A stretch of DNA of 64,000 nt from an uncultured Gemmatimonadales bacterium (GCA_963716255.1 OY970303.1:2720001-2784000), one strand, 5' to 3'. Positions 9,101 through 21,660 are shown, counted from the stretch's first letter. Notes: generated by a model from the letters alone, not told the origin. Translations and numbers: made by a program.

Positions 9101-9202
9101 ACTACGGCTGGACTCCGTGCGGTTTTCCCCTCCCTCGCTTGCTGGGGAGGGGTGGCGCGCAGCGCCGGGGTGGGGGGCCCAGCGGACGCCAGCTCGATGC
9201 CC

Positions 9203-9331
9203 GCGTGAGGGATTTCGGCCCGAAGGGGCGAGACCCGGCGGCTGTTTGCCGGGGCTCGACTCCGTTAGCCCGCGTTGTTTGCGGGCTTACGGAGCCGAAG
9301 CCCGACCCCGGCGACAGCCGGGGGCACGCCC
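9203..9331 (-). repeat. Repeat family A, copy 2
   Basis: Reverse complement of the family A consensus. Confidence 0.9.
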
Positions 9332-9343
9332 GAACCCTGCAGT

Positions 9344-10912
9344 TCAACTCCCGACTGATCCCATCTCCGCCAGGCGCGCCTTCGCCTCCGCGTCGTCCGG
9401 GTCCAGCTCCACGGCGCGGCGGAAGGCGGCCAGCGCCCCGGCGCGGTCCCCGCGGGCCAGGAGCGCGTCGCCCAGGTCCACCCGCACCCCCGCCGAGCGC
9501 GGCAGGGCCTCCGCCGCCCAGCCGAACACCCGCGCCGCCGCCTCCGCGTCGCCCCGCCTCCAGAGCAGCTCGTAGCCCAGCGCGCGGAACGCAGCCTCGT
9601 CCATCGGCGGCCGGCCGACGCTCCCCGCCACCGCCGCCCGGAAGACCGGCTCGGCGGCCGCTGCGCCGCGCGTCAGCACGGCGTACGCGACCTCGTCCGC
9701 GCCGGGCGCGCTCGTGCCCGTGCTCGCGGCCGGGCCCGTGCGCTCCAGCGCCAGCGCGGCTCCCGGGGGCGCCCACTCCGCCGGGTCGCGCCCCAGGAGC
9801 GCCCGCGCCTCCGCGTCGCCCTTCACGTGCGCGTCCAGGAACGCGGCCACGAGCCGCAGCGTGGCCGCGTGGCCGCGGTGGGGCGCGCCCTGCACCGGGC
9901 CCCAGAAGGCCGGGAGCACCCCCTCCACCATGCCGTGGATGGCGAAATCGGCGTGGCGCATGCCGCGCACCCGCAGCAGCCAGCGCGGCCCCGCCGCCGA
10001 GTCGAACACCGCGCGGTCCTCGCCCAGGCCGCGCGCCAGGTTCTCCTCGCGCGTGCGGGTGGCGTGCAGCAGCGGCATGCGCAGCCGGTCCAGGCGGTAG
10101 AAGGGGGACGGGCGCATCAGGTCGCGCATCAGCCGGTTGGATAGGATGCCGCTGTCCAGGCTCACCACCGCGTCCGTCTCCGGGCGCCGCATCGCCAGCA
10201 GCGTCGCCGCCATCCCGCCCAGGTCGAAGCCCACCAGCGCGCTCCGCCCCGCGTCCGCGCCCGGCAGCCCCCGCACCCGGGCGAGCACCTGCTCCAGGTC
10301 GCGCACCTCCGTTTCCAGGTCGGCCGCCCCCACCGTCACCAGCGGGGAGCGCGTCCCCGCCAGCGTCGCTGCCGCCACCAGGTAGCCCCGGCTGGCCAGG
10401 TACTCGGCGAGCACCACCTGCGCGAGCGGCGACTCGTACGACCACCCCATCCCCAGCACCACCGCCGGGAACCGCCCGGGTGCCGCCGGCGCCGCGTGCC
10501 CGGCGAGCGCTTCCAGCGCCATCAGCGTGTCGTAGCGCGCGCCCGGCGTCCCCGGCGGGCCCGGCACCGCCAGCGCCCGCCTTTCCGCCGCGCGGCGCTC
10601 CGCGTCCGTGCGCAGCGCCCGCCCCTCCGGCGCGCCCAGCAGGTGCGCGTAGTCGCGCAGGCGCATGCGCGGCGCGCCCGCTCGCATGGCGGCCGGGTAC
10701 CACAGGCTCACCTGGATGGGCCGCGGCGCCGCGGAGTCGCCCCAGGCGCGGGCCGGGTCGCGGATCCACTCCACCCGGTAGCCCACCGCGTGCGGCCCCG
10801 GCCGCAGCTCCCCCCACAGCGGCGGGGCCTGCGCGGCCGCGCGCGCGGGGAGGGCGGCGGTCAGGCCCAGCAGGAGCGCGGCGGCGAGCGGGAGACGGGG
10901 GACGGGGCGCAT
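9344..10912 (-). CDS. Secreted alpha/beta-hydrolase (dienelactone hydrolase-like) with C-terminal TPR
   Basis: Signal peptide MRPVPRLPLAAALLLG, GPHAVG, IQVSLWYPA, YLASRGYLV, GFDLGG elbow, C-terminal TPR (AFRRAVELDPDD). Confidence 0.75.
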   Translation of the reverse strand: MRPVPRLPLAAALLLGLTAALPARAAAQAPPLWGELRPGPHAVGYRVEWIRDPARAWGDSAAPRPIQVSLWYPAAMRAGAPRMRLRDYAHLLGAPEGRALRTDAERRAAERRALAVPGPPGTPGARYDTLMALEALAGHAAPAAPGRFPAVVLGMGWSYESPLAQVVLAEYLASRGYLVAAATLAGTRSPLVTVGAADLETEVRDLEQVLARVRGLPGADAGRSALVGFDLGGMAATLLAMRRPETDAVVSLDSGILSNRLMRDLMRPSPFYRLDRLRMPLLHATRTREENLARGLGEDRAVFDSAAGPRWLLRVRGMRHADFAIHGMVEGVLPAFWGPVQGAPHRGHAATLRLVAAFLDAHVKGDAEARALLGRDPAEWAPPGAALALERTGPAASTGTSAPGADEVAYAVLTRGAAAAEPVFRAAVAGSVGRPPMDEAAFRALGYELLWRRGDAEAAARVFGWAAEALPRSAGVRVDLGDALLARGDRAGALAAFRRAVELDPDDAEAKARLAEMGSVGS

Positions 10913-11099
10913 GGACGGTCCGGTGCGGGGAGTGGGAGGAGCGCCGACACGGCCGGGGGACGGGCCGCGTGCGGGAAATGTTAACCGCCTTCCCGCCCGG
11001 CTGGCGAGCCCGACCCCAACGCCGCGGGGGCGGCGGCTGTACTCCCTTTCAGCGCGGCCCGGGGGCCGCCATCCAAACCGCGACCGAGGAGAGCAGGCC

Positions 11100-11762
11100 A
11101 TGAAGTTCCGCACGTACGCACTCGCGCTGGCGCTCGCCGCGGCGCCGCTTCCCGCGCTGGCCCAGGACCCCGTCCCCGCCCCCGACCGTCCCCGCGCCGA
11201 GCGCGCCCCGGGCGAGGCCAGGCGCCCCGCCGAGGCTCGCCGCCGCCGCGAAGCGCGGCGCGGAGCGGAGATGCGCCGCCGTGGCGCCGAGATGCGCCGC
11301 CACGCCGCCGAAGCTCGGCGCCGCGGCGTGGCCGAGCGCCTCATCGCCCGCCGCGAGCAGCTGAAGCTCACGGACGCGCAGGTCGCCCGCCTCCAGGCCG
11401 TCGACCGCTCGCTGGCGAGCCGCAACCGCGCCGCGCTGGAGCGCATCCGCGCCGTCCGCGAGAGCGCGGCGCCGCGCCTGCGGGCGCGCGCCGACAGCGC
11501 CCGCGGCGAGGCGCGCCGCATGCGCCTCACCGGGGAGGAGCGCGCCGCGCTGCGCCGCGCGCGCGAGCAGCTGCGGCCGCAGATGGAGCAGCTCAGGCAG
11601 AACCGCGGGGCCGCGCGCCGCGAGGTCGAGTCGGTGCTCACGCCGCAGCAGAAGGAGCAGCTGCGCGCCGCCCGCGAGGCCGGCCGCGGCCGCGCGCGCG
11701 AGCTCCGCGAGCGCCGCCGCGACGAGGTCCGCCGCCGCGTGGAGGTCCGGCCGGGCTCCTGA
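11100..11762 (+). CDS. Spy/CpxP-like periplasmic protein
   Basis: Signal peptide (…ALAQD) and LKLTDAQ / VLTPQQ LTxxQ motifs; Arg-rich helical. Confidence 0.7.
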   Translation: MKFRTYALALALAAAPLPALAQDPVPAPDRPRAERAPGEARRPAEARRRREARRGAEMRRRGAEMRRHAAEARRRGVAERLIARREQLKLTDAQVARLQAVDRSLASRNRAALERIRAVRESAAPRLRARADSARGEARRMRLTGEERAALRRAREQLRPQMEQLRQNRGAARREVESVLTPQQKEQLRAAREAGRGRARELRERRRDEVRRRVEVRPGS

Positions 11763-11841
11763 GCCGGCGGAGTACGCGGCGAAGCGGGGCGCCACACGCG
11801 TGGCGCCCCGCTTCGCCGTTCCGGAGCAGCCCGGACCCGTG

Positions 11842-12108
11842 CTACCCGGAGGACGCCTCGCCCCCGTCCGCCAGGTCCGCCAGCCGCACCCGCACCATGT
11901 CGTCCAGCAGCGCGTCCGGCACGCCGTAGACCTCCTCCGCCAGGAAGCGGCGCGTTTCCGTCTCGCTGCGCGCCACCTCGCGCAGCGCGCTCGCAAGCCG
12001 CTCCACCGGCAGCCCCACCCGGCGGGCGGCGTTCACCAGGCGCTGGTACGCCTCCCGCCTCGCCGCCTGCTCCTCGGGGGTCTCCCCCGGCTCCCACGGC
12101 TCTCGCAT
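11842..12108 (-). CDS. Small hypothetical protein
   Basis: MREPWEPGETPEEQ..., strong GGAGGAGG RBS, host-like codon usage. Confidence 0.5.
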   Translation of the reverse strand: MREPWEPGETPEEQAARREAYQRLVNAARRVGLPVERLASALREVARSETETRRFLAEEVYGVPDALLDDMVRVRLADLADGGEASSG

Positions 12109-12169
12109 CGCCCTCCTCCTCCCGCTCCGTTTCGGTGATCCTCCCGGCTTCCCCAGAAGAGCGACGCCC

Positions 12170-12478
12170 TCATCCGCCGGCGCCGGGCGCGGCATCGGCC
12201 GGCGCGTCCTCCGCCTCGTCGCGCGGGATCGCCCCGGCGCGCAGGTTGTCCATGGAGTCGCTGATCCGCTGCACGCCCCGCATCTCCGCCACGCCGCCCT
12301 CCAGCACGCCCCACGCGGAGATCGTCCAGGCGCTCGGCGGGCGCTCCTGCTCCCGGTCGTCCTCCTCGCTCGTGCGCGCCACCTCCTCCGCCACCTCGCG
12401 CGAGGCGCACACCGCCGACAGGGCCGGGCAGCTCTCGCCCGGGAGCTTCTGGAACACGCACCACACCTTCTGAGCCAT
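12170..12478 (-). CDS. Small hypothetical protein
   Basis: MAQKVWCVFQKLPGESC..., GAGGAG RBS, host-like codon usage. Confidence 0.55.
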   Translation of the reverse strand: MAQKVWCVFQKLPGESCPALSAVCASREVAEEVARTSEEDDREQERPPSAWTISAWGVLEGGVAEMRGVQRISDSMDNLRAGAIPRDEAEDAPADAAPGAGG

Positions 12479-12516
12479 GCGACAAAGCTCCTCGACCGGG
12501 TGGTCACGGCGGGTTC

Positions 12517-12647
12517 GGGCGTGCCCCCGGCGGGCGCCGGGGTCGGGCTTCGGCTCCGTAACGCAGCAAACAACGCTGCGTAACGGAGTCGAGCCCCCGC
12601 GAAACTGCCCGCGGGGTCTCGCCCCTTCGGGCCGTAATCCCTCACGC
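12517..12647 (+). repeat. Repeat family A, copy 3
   Basis: Matches the family A consensus. Confidence 0.9.
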
Positions 12648-12748
12648 AACTGCCTGCCGGTTCCGTATCCGCAAGCTCCCGGCCGCGGGAAACGCAAACG
12701 GGGGAGCCCGCAGGCTCCCCCGTCTTTGGTCCGCCGGCCGCGCCGGCT

Positions 12749-13543
12749 TCAGTCCAGCGTTTCCAGCCACCCCAGGCGCTGGCGCATCGTCACCGCGAGC
12801 GACACCGCCGCCAGCACCAGCCCGAAGAGCGCCGGGTGCGGCCCGGACCCGCGCTCCGGCGCGGGCTCCGCCGCCATCCCGTTCGCGGCGGCCGGGGGGG
12901 CGGACGAGCGCTTCGCCGCCGTGGCGGCAGCAGCCGCCTTCACCGCCGGCCCCGCCCCGGCGGCGGACGAGTCGGCCCTTTGCTTCGCCAGGTACGCCGC
13001 GTAGTTGTCCGGGAACACCGCCACGTGGTAGTGGGGCGGGTTGCGCTCGCGCGTCACGTCCAGCACGCCGCTGCGCTCCAGGCCCAGCAGCGTTCCCTCC
13101 AGCCAGGCGCGGCACTCGCCGCTCCGGCTGATGCGGAAGTCCACCGCCATCCCCGCCGGGTGCACCGAGAGCTGGTGCGCGTTCCCCGGCTGGTTCGCGA
13201 GCGGGCGCGTCAGGCTGGTGACCACCAGCTTCTCGCCGCACCCCTCGCGGTACTGCGCCCCCAGCCGCTCCAAAAAGGTGCCCACCTCCGGACGCGTGTA
13301 GGGAAAGGAGACCCCGGACGCGACCGAGTAGTTGGCGTCGCCCTCCACCTTCACCAGCACGCCCTGCTCGACGAAGTCGCGCACCTGGCCGCCGGTGCGC
13401 AGAAAGGTGAAGTCGTTCGCCTCCGCCACCTCGTGCTGGCGGACCATCGACTTCGGGGAGCCGCGCAGCGTCGCGTCGTCCGCGTGCGCAGGCACGGCCA
13501 CGGCGGCCAGGAGCGCAGTCAGAAGAGTCGAGGTTCGCAGCAT
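12749..13543 (-). CDS. DUF5715-like secreted protein (LAS/M15-type zinc peptidase fold) with C-terminal membrane anchor
   Basis: Signal peptide; VTSLTR, SVHPAGMAVD, HYHV motifs; hydrophobic C-terminal helix. Confidence 0.7.
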   Translation of the reverse strand: MLRTSTLLTALLAAVAVPAHADDATLRGSPKSMVRQHEVAEANDFTFLRTGGQVRDFVEQGVLVKVEGDANYSVASGVSFPYTRPEVGTFLERLGAQYREGCGEKLVVTSLTRPLANQPGNAHQLSVHPAGMAVDFRISRSGECRAWLEGTLLGLERSGVLDVTRERNPPHYHVAVFPDNYAAYLAKQRADSSAAGAGPAVKAAAAATAAKRSSAPPAAANGMAAEPAPERGSGPHPALFGLVLAAVSLAVTMRQRLGWLETLD

Positions 13544-13817
13544 CCGGTCCTCCGTCGTGGGGTCGTACCGGCGCCGGGCCCGGATGAGGGCTCCCGCGCC
13601 TGGATCTGGTTGTGGGGTATTGAGTTAGGAACGAATCGAATATACAAGCATTCCGCCCGCCGTGCCAGTGGCCGGGTTCGCACAGGTGCCTGTGGAATCA
13701 GGAGTTGCGCGGCGGCTCCACGGGCGGCCGCGGGGTGGCGGAGGAACGGCGGGCGCGGGCACCCGGACGGCCGGGCCGTCCGGGTGCCCTGGCATGGAAT
13801 CGATCGTGGGCGTGCGG

Positions 13818-15323
13818 CTACTGCGGCCCGCCCTTCCGGTCCGCGTCAGGGGCGCCGCCCTGCTGCACGCTGCGCCGGTCCAGCTCCTCGGGCCTGGCGC
13901 CCCGCAGCGCTTCCTGCACGGAGTCCTTCGCGCTCGAGGTGGAAGCGCCGGCCGCCGCCGTCTCACGGGCCTGCCTGCGGGCCTCCGCGGACACCGCGCC
14001 CTGCTGCACGCTGCGCTGGTCCAGCTGCTCCGGCGAGACCCCCGCGCTCTCGGCATCCGCGGCGCCCACGGCGTCCGCGAAGCCCGGCCCGCCGCAGGGC
14101 GGAGGCAGGCAGTCCCGGCTCTCGCCGCAAGGCGGGCAGTTGTCCTGGCACTTCCTGGCCAGCGCCTCAAGCTCGTCGCAAGGCGGCGGCTCGTCGTCCG
14201 GGCAGGGGATGTCCTGGAAGCAGTCGCACTGGCGCGGCATGGGCATCATGGGCGGGCACAGGTCGAAGCTGCAGCCGCAGATGCTGGACAGCTGGCGAAG
14301 CACCAGGCACGCCACCACCTGCCCCAGCTTGAGCCCGGCCTCGTGGTCGCTGCGCCAGTGGATACCGGCCCACATCCGCGCCATGCCGATGTTGTCGGCC
14401 ATGTTGCGCAGCTCCTGGCCGATGGTGCTGAAGCCCAGCCCCAGGGTGAGCGCGTTGGGCGTGGGATCGTTGCCGAAGAAGTAGGCCAGGATGGTGCTGG
14501 CCGCGCCCGCGTAGGTGCTGTGCCCCGAGGGATACGCCGGGTGCCGCGGCGTCCCCGGGCTGAACCCCGGCACCGGCGCGCACGGCCGCGCGTCCGGACA
14601 GGTGATGTACATGGGGTTCAGCTCGTCCGGCCGGTCGAACAGCACGTTGATGGCACCGTACTCCGCGGGGCGCGGCCGCCGCGAGGTGAACTGGCGCGGG
14701 CTGAGCCACTTGTAGTACCAGGCCGCCTGGAGCGCGCTGGCGATGGCCACGTCCAGCGCCGCCCACACCAGCGCCTGCCGCGGCGGCGACCAGCTGCGCG
14801 TGGTGATCAGGTAGTTGAGCGCGTGGCGGTGGAAGAGCCCCGGCGTCTCGTTCTCCAGGGCCCGCGCCAGTCCCCGCCCCGTGCGGATCACCTGCTGTCC
14901 GGGGAGCCGGGCCACCTGCACCGCCCCCAGCGCGGGCGGCATCAGGTTGAACAGCCGGCTGATCGGCGCGCGGCACCCGAACGCCCGCGGGCGCAGGTAC
15001 CGCGGCTCGCACGGCCACTCCGTCAGGTTGGGGCAGTCTCCCTGGCTCACCAGGCTGCACGGCTCGTCGCGCAGCTTGGAAAGGTTCAGCAGCTCCTCGA
15101 ACTCCTTCCTGACCTCGTCCTGCCCGTCGGGCGTGCACACGTCCGGGTACGGGGGAAAGTACCCCGCGTTGCCCGGGTCGTCGGTGACGGCGAGCAGCTC
15201 CTTGATGGAGACCAGGCGCAGCTGCGCGCAGTGGTTCCAGAAGCTCGCGTCCGGCTCCACCTGCGGCCCCGTCAGCGCGTATTCCGGCACGGGACACGGA
15301 TATGGCTTGTCTACGCAGGTCAT
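13818..15323 (-). CDS. Vanadium-dependent haloperoxidase / PAP2-superfamily protein, Cys-rich
   Basis: YYKW...RRPRP, HPAYPSGHS, ARMWAGIHWRSD vanadate/phosphate-binding motifs. Confidence 0.82.
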   Translation of the reverse strand: MTCVDKPYPCPVPEYALTGPQVEPDASFWNHCAQLRLVSIKELLAVTDDPGNAGYFPPYPDVCTPDGQDEVRKEFEELLNLSKLRDEPCSLVSQGDCPNLTEWPCEPRYLRPRAFGCRAPISRLFNLMPPALGAVQVARLPGQQVIRTGRGLARALENETPGLFHRHALNYLITTRSWSPPRQALVWAALDVAIASALQAAWYYKWLSPRQFTSRRPRPAEYGAINVLFDRPDELNPMYITCPDARPCAPVPGFSPGTPRHPAYPSGHSTYAGAASTILAYFFGNDPTPNALTLGLGFSTIGQELRNMADNIGMARMWAGIHWRSDHEAGLKLGQVVACLVLRQLSSICGCSFDLCPPMMPMPRQCDCFQDIPCPDDEPPPCDELEALARKCQDNCPPCGESRDCLPPPCGGPGFADAVGAADAESAGVSPEQLDQRSVQQGAVSAEARRQARETAAAGASTSSAKDSVQEALRGARPEELDRRSVQQGGAPDADRKGGPQ

Positions 15324-15575
15324 GGCTTTCCTCCGCGTACGGGTGAGCGCTGCGAACTATTATAGTCCGCAAATACACTATACACTTATAACGATTAAAA
15401 CACAATACAATCTTTGTTCACCCCCAGCGCCCCGTCCCCGTGGCCGCGGAGGAGAGCTCCCGGCCGTTGTAGATCCGCCGCCGAGGCGCTAAAATACGAG
15501 GTTTGCGACCGGGTTTCGCGGCGCCGCGGCGGCTTCGCGCCGCCGGGCCCGGGCCCCAAAACGACCGAGCCTACC

Positions 15576-17972
<2,397 letters not shown>

Positions 17973-18043
17973 GCCCGCCGGCCGATGGAAGCGAGGGGGC
18001 GTCCCGGCCGGGGCGCCCCCTCGCTGACGCCAGCGCGACGCCC

Positions 18044-18173
18044 GCGTGAGGGATTTCGGCCCGAAGGGGCGAGACCCGACAGCAGTATCGTCGGGGCTCG
18101 ACTCCGTTGCAGACGGTCGTTTCGTCTGCTACGGAGCCGAAGCCCGACCCCGGCGCCAGCCGGGGGCACGCCC
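18044..18173 (-). repeat. Repeat family A, copy 4
   Basis: Reverse complement of the family A consensus. Confidence 0.9.
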
Positions 18174-18252
18174 AAACCCGCCGTACCAGGCCGTTGTCCC
18201 AACCGGATCCGGTACAAGACCGCAGATCCATCCCCAACCGCCCGGTCCCGTC

Positions 18253-19413
18253 GTGAACCGAAAGCCCGTGCTCGCCGCCGTCCTCGCCGCCGCGGCCCTG
18301 GGGGGCGCCGCCCTCGCCGCCCCGTCGCTGCTCCCGCGGGACGGCCGCACCCCCGCCGCACCGTCGTCCCCGGCGCCGTCGTCCGGGGCCGCCGCACCGC
18401 TCGCTCCCACGCGCGGGCTGGACCGGACGCTGCTGGACAGCGCCTGCGCGCAGGCCGCCCGGCTGCCGCGGCTGCGCAGCCTGCTCGTCGCGCGCGACGG
18501 GGAGATCCTGGCGGAGCGCTACTTTCGCGGCGCCACGGCCGAGCGGCCGGCAAACGTCAAGTCGGTGTCCAAGAGCATCGTGTCGGCGCTGGTGGGGATC
18601 GCCGTGGCGGAGGGGCACCTGCGCGGGACGGAGCAGCCCATCGCCCCGTTCTTCCCGGAGCAGCTGGGGCGCGACCCCGACCCGCGGAAGCGCGCCATCA
18701 CGCTGGGCAACCTGCTTTCCATGCAGGCGGGGCTGGAGGGCACCTCGTTCGGCGGGTACGGCGCCTGGGTGGGGAGCCGCGACTGGGTGCGCTCCGCCCT
18801 GGCGCGGCCCATGGTGGACGAGCCCGGGGGCCGCATGATCTACAGCACCGGAAACACGCACCTCCTTTCCGCCATCCTCACCCGCGCGACGGGGCGCAGC
18901 ACCTGGGCGTACGCGCAGCGAGCGCTGGCGGAGCCGCTGGGGATCCGGCTGCCGCCATGGCCCACGGACCCGCAGGGGATCTACTTCGGCGGCAACGAGA
19001 TGCGGCTGACGCCGCGGGCCATGGTGCGCTTCGGGGAGCTGTACCGCAACGGGGGGCGGCACGAGGGGCGGCAGGTGGTGCCGGAGGCGTGGGTGCGCGC
19101 CTCGCTCGTCCCGCGCACTCGCTCCCCCTGGAGCGGCGACGAGTACGGCTACGGCTGGTGGCTGAGCACCGCCGGCGGGCACCCCATGTTCTACGCCTGG
19201 GGGTACGGCGGGCAGTTCATCTTCGTGGTGCCGGAGCTGCGGCTCACCGTGGTCACCACCTCGGAGCCGGACCTCCCGCGCGAGGGCGGCCACCTGGACG
19301 AGATCCGCCGCATCCTGCGCACGCTGATCGTCCCCGCCGCGGAGGCGGGCGGCCCGGCGGCGGCGCGCGACACGCTCCCCGGGGGCGGGGATCTGGACGA
19401 TTTGCCAGGATGA
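18253..19413 (+). CDS. Serine hydrolase, beta-lactamase class C-like
   Basis: SVSK (SxxK), LLSMQAG, YSTG, AWGYGGQ; N-terminal signal sequence. Confidence 0.88.
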   Translation: MNRKPVLAAVLAAAALGGAALAAPSLLPRDGRTPAAPSSPAPSSGAAAPLAPTRGLDRTLLDSACAQAARLPRLRSLLVARDGEILAERYFRGATAERPANVKSVSKSIVSALVGIAVAEGHLRGTEQPIAPFFPEQLGRDPDPRKRAITLGNLLSMQAGLEGTSFGGYGAWVGSRDWVRSALARPMVDEPGGRMIYSTGNTHLLSAILTRATGRSTWAYAQRALAEPLGIRLPPWPTDPQGIYFGGNEMRLTPRAMVRFGELYRNGGRHEGRQVVPEAWVRASLVPRTRSPWSGDEYGYGWWLSTAGGHPMFYAWGYGGQFIFVVPELRLTVVTTSEPDLPREGGHLDEIRRILRTLIVPAAEAGGPAAARDTLPGGGDLDDLPG

Positions 19414-19593
19414 TCGAAAGCGCCCGATGTGTGCCGTACACATCGGACGCTGATTCCGCCGTGGTTCGTGCAGCGTGATCGATGGACCGCTGAAATGGAT
19501 CGACAGACACGCCGGAGAACCGCGCCAGCCATCGTTGCAGCTACGCCTCGGGAGGTGTAGTCATTGCGGACACCTGGCACGGTGGCATTCGCG

Positions 19594-19803
19594 TCACCCG
19601 GTGTGACACTCCCCCGAACAGTAGTAACACCCGTTTACCTGCTTGAAGTGCTTCTTCGCTTCCGAGACGGCGTCTCGGCAGCTACTGAAGTATCCCAGGT
19701 AGATCCGATTGGCATCCGACGGCATGTAGCTGCAGCCGCTCACGTGCACTTCGTGATCGCCGTTCGACTGAGCCGATTTGTTGACGTAGTAGTACCCAGC
19801 CAC
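19594..19803 (-). CDS. Small His/Cys-rich conserved hypothetical protein
   Basis: YYVNKSAQSNGDHEVH...C...YLG...C...GCYYC; sits in a lower-GC patch; start at GTG 19803 or 19815. Confidence 0.65.
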   Translation of the reverse strand: MAGYYYVNKSAQSNGDHEVHVSGCSYMPSDANRIYLGYFSSCRDAVSEAKKHFKQVNGCYYCSGECHTG

Positions 19804-20029
19804 AGGACACCTCACTTGATGATGGTCGACGACGAAACGACTTCTGCATGGCGAGGTAGCTCTCGCCGATTCATTGGTCGGACGGGGCCGTCTCGTTTCT
19901 CACCCGCCGCTTCTCGTGCAGTCGCCTGAACCAGCATCGGGTGCATCCGCAATGAGGTGCGTTGGGCATGCCGGACGCGGCCGCTGACGAAGCGCATGCG
20001 GGCCGCTTCCTGCACGCCCGAGGAGACGC

Positions 20030-21088
20030 TCAGCCGCTCCCGGCGGCGGGGCGCTCACCAGCGGGGATCCAGGGTCCAGGCTCCAGCCCCATCGCCTCCG
20101 CCAGCAGCTCGTACGACCGCAGCCGCGCGGCGGGGTCGTGCGTGACCGTCACCACCATCAGCTCCTCCACCCCGTAGCGCTCCGCCAGCCCCAGCAGCGC
20201 GTCGCGGACCGCCGCCGGTTCGCCGGCGACGACCCGTGCCCCGGGCGCGTCCGGCGGCGGCGGCGCCCACCCCGCCCCCAGCTCGGCGAGCGCGTCCTCC
20301 GGCGAGGGGATGCCGCGGTCGAAGCCGCGCATGATCCGCCGCCGCCACGCCTCCATGCTGCTCGCCAGCCGGCCCGCCTCCTCGCTCGTATCCGCGCAGA
20401 CCACGCTCACCGCCGCGCTCGCCCGCGGCGCCGCCGGCGCCCCCGGCCGCGCCGAGGGCCGGAAGCGCTCCCGGTACGCCCGCGCCACCGCCGCCCCGTC
20501 CTCGCCGCTGATGAACTGCGCGAACGAGTAGGCGCACCCCGCCTCCGCCGCGTAGAGGGCGCCCTGCCCGCCCGAGCCCAGGATCCACAGCTCCGGCACG
20601 CCCGGCCCGCGCGGCATGGCCCGCACGCGCCGCCAGGGATGGTCCGCCGCGAAGTTCTCGTTGGCCAGCCAGCGCCCCAGCTCCTCCACCTGCCGCGGGA
20701 ACACGTCGCCCGCGGGCGCGCGCCCGTAGGCGAGCGCCTGCGCCGTGCGAGGGTCCCCGCCCGGCGCCCGCCCCAGCCCCAGGTCGATGCGCCCGGGAAA
20801 GAGCGTTTCCAGCACGCGGAACTGCTCGGCCACCTTGAGCGGGGAGTAGTGCGGCAGCAGCACCCCGCCCGAGCCCACGCGCATGGATCGGGTCGCCGCG
20901 GCGACCATGGGGATGAGCACCTCCGGCGCGGAGCCCGCGAACGAGTTGGTGCTGTGGTGCTCCGCCAGCCAGTAGCGCGAATATCCCAGCCGCTCCGCGG
21001 CGCGGGCCAGCTCCAGCGTGGCGCGGAGCGCGTCCGCCGCGGTGCCGCCGCCCGGGACGGGCGACTGGTCGACGACGCCGAGCTTCAT
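20030..21088 (-). CDS. LLM-class flavin-dependent oxidoreductase (luciferase-like)
   Basis: RYWLAEHH, GSGGVLLPHYSPLKVAEQF, GRIDLGLGRAPG. Confidence 0.92.
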   Translation of the reverse strand: MKLGVVDQSPVPGGGTAADALRATLELARAAERLGYSRYWLAEHHSTNSFAGSAPEVLIPMVAAATRSMRVGSGGVLLPHYSPLKVAEQFRVLETLFPGRIDLGLGRAPGGDPRTAQALAYGRAPAGDVFPRQVEELGRWLANENFAADHPWRRVRAMPRGPGVPELWILGSGGQGALYAAEAGCAYSFAQFISGEDGAAVARAYRERFRPSARPGAPAAPRASAAVSVVCADTSEEAGRLASSMEAWRRRIMRGFDRGIPSPEDALAELGAGWAPPPPDAPGARVVAGEPAAVRDALLGLAERYGVEELMVVTVTHDPAARLRSYELLAEAMGLEPGPWIPAGERPAAGSG

Positions 21089-21270
21089 GGGGAACGGCAT
21101 GGGAGTGCGAAAGTGCGGGAGTGCGAAAGTGTTCATCCGGTGCACGCGCAGCGTGCAGCGTCACGGCGGCGACAGGCTACCGAAGCGGGAAGCGGCCTGC
21201 AAGCCCGGAAAAAAGAGACGCCCGCACCGGAGGTCCCGGTGCGGGCTCGCTGCGTGTTCCCGCCTGGCCG

Positions 21271-21660
21271 TCAGCCGCCGGCCGCCACGGGCTGGCCGAA
21301 GACGATCCGGTGCCCGTCGGGCGTCCGCAGGCTGAACTCGCGGAGCCCCCACGGCTTCGTGGCCGGCGCGGACAGGATCTCGGCCCCCCGCCCCGCGACC
21401 TCCCGGTGCAGCGGGTCGACGCCTTCCACGGTCACGTACACGTACCACGAGTGGTCGCCGAGCTCGCCCGCGGGCGTGGCATCCACACACTCGCCGAGCA
21501 TCACCCGGAACGCGCCCCGGGACAGGAAGCTCCACCCGTCCGACCCGTCGCCGAAGTCACGCGTGAACCCCAGGACGTCCACGTAGAAGGCCGTGGACAC
21601 GCCCAGGTCGCGGACCGCGAGGACGCTGCGCGTGTCGACCAGCTGCGGCATGGTATCCAT
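21271..21660 (-). CDS. VOC family (glyoxalase/bleomycin resistance) protein
   Basis: LAVRDL...FYVDVLGF...KPWGLREFSLRTPDGHRIVF. Confidence 0.88.
   Translation of the reverse strand: MDTMPQLVDTRSVLAVRDLGVSTAFYVDVLGFTRDFGDGSDGWSFLSRGAFRVMLGECVDATPAGELGDHSWYVYVTVEGVDPLHREVAGRGAEILSAPATKPWGLREFSLRTPDGHRIVFGQPVAAGG

Noticed and set aside
18046..18252. Recurring peptides such as MRDFGPKGRDP / RSRSPTPAPAGGTP in several ORFs
   Set aside because: These are translations of the family A DNA repeat, not a protein domain; better starts lie downstream.
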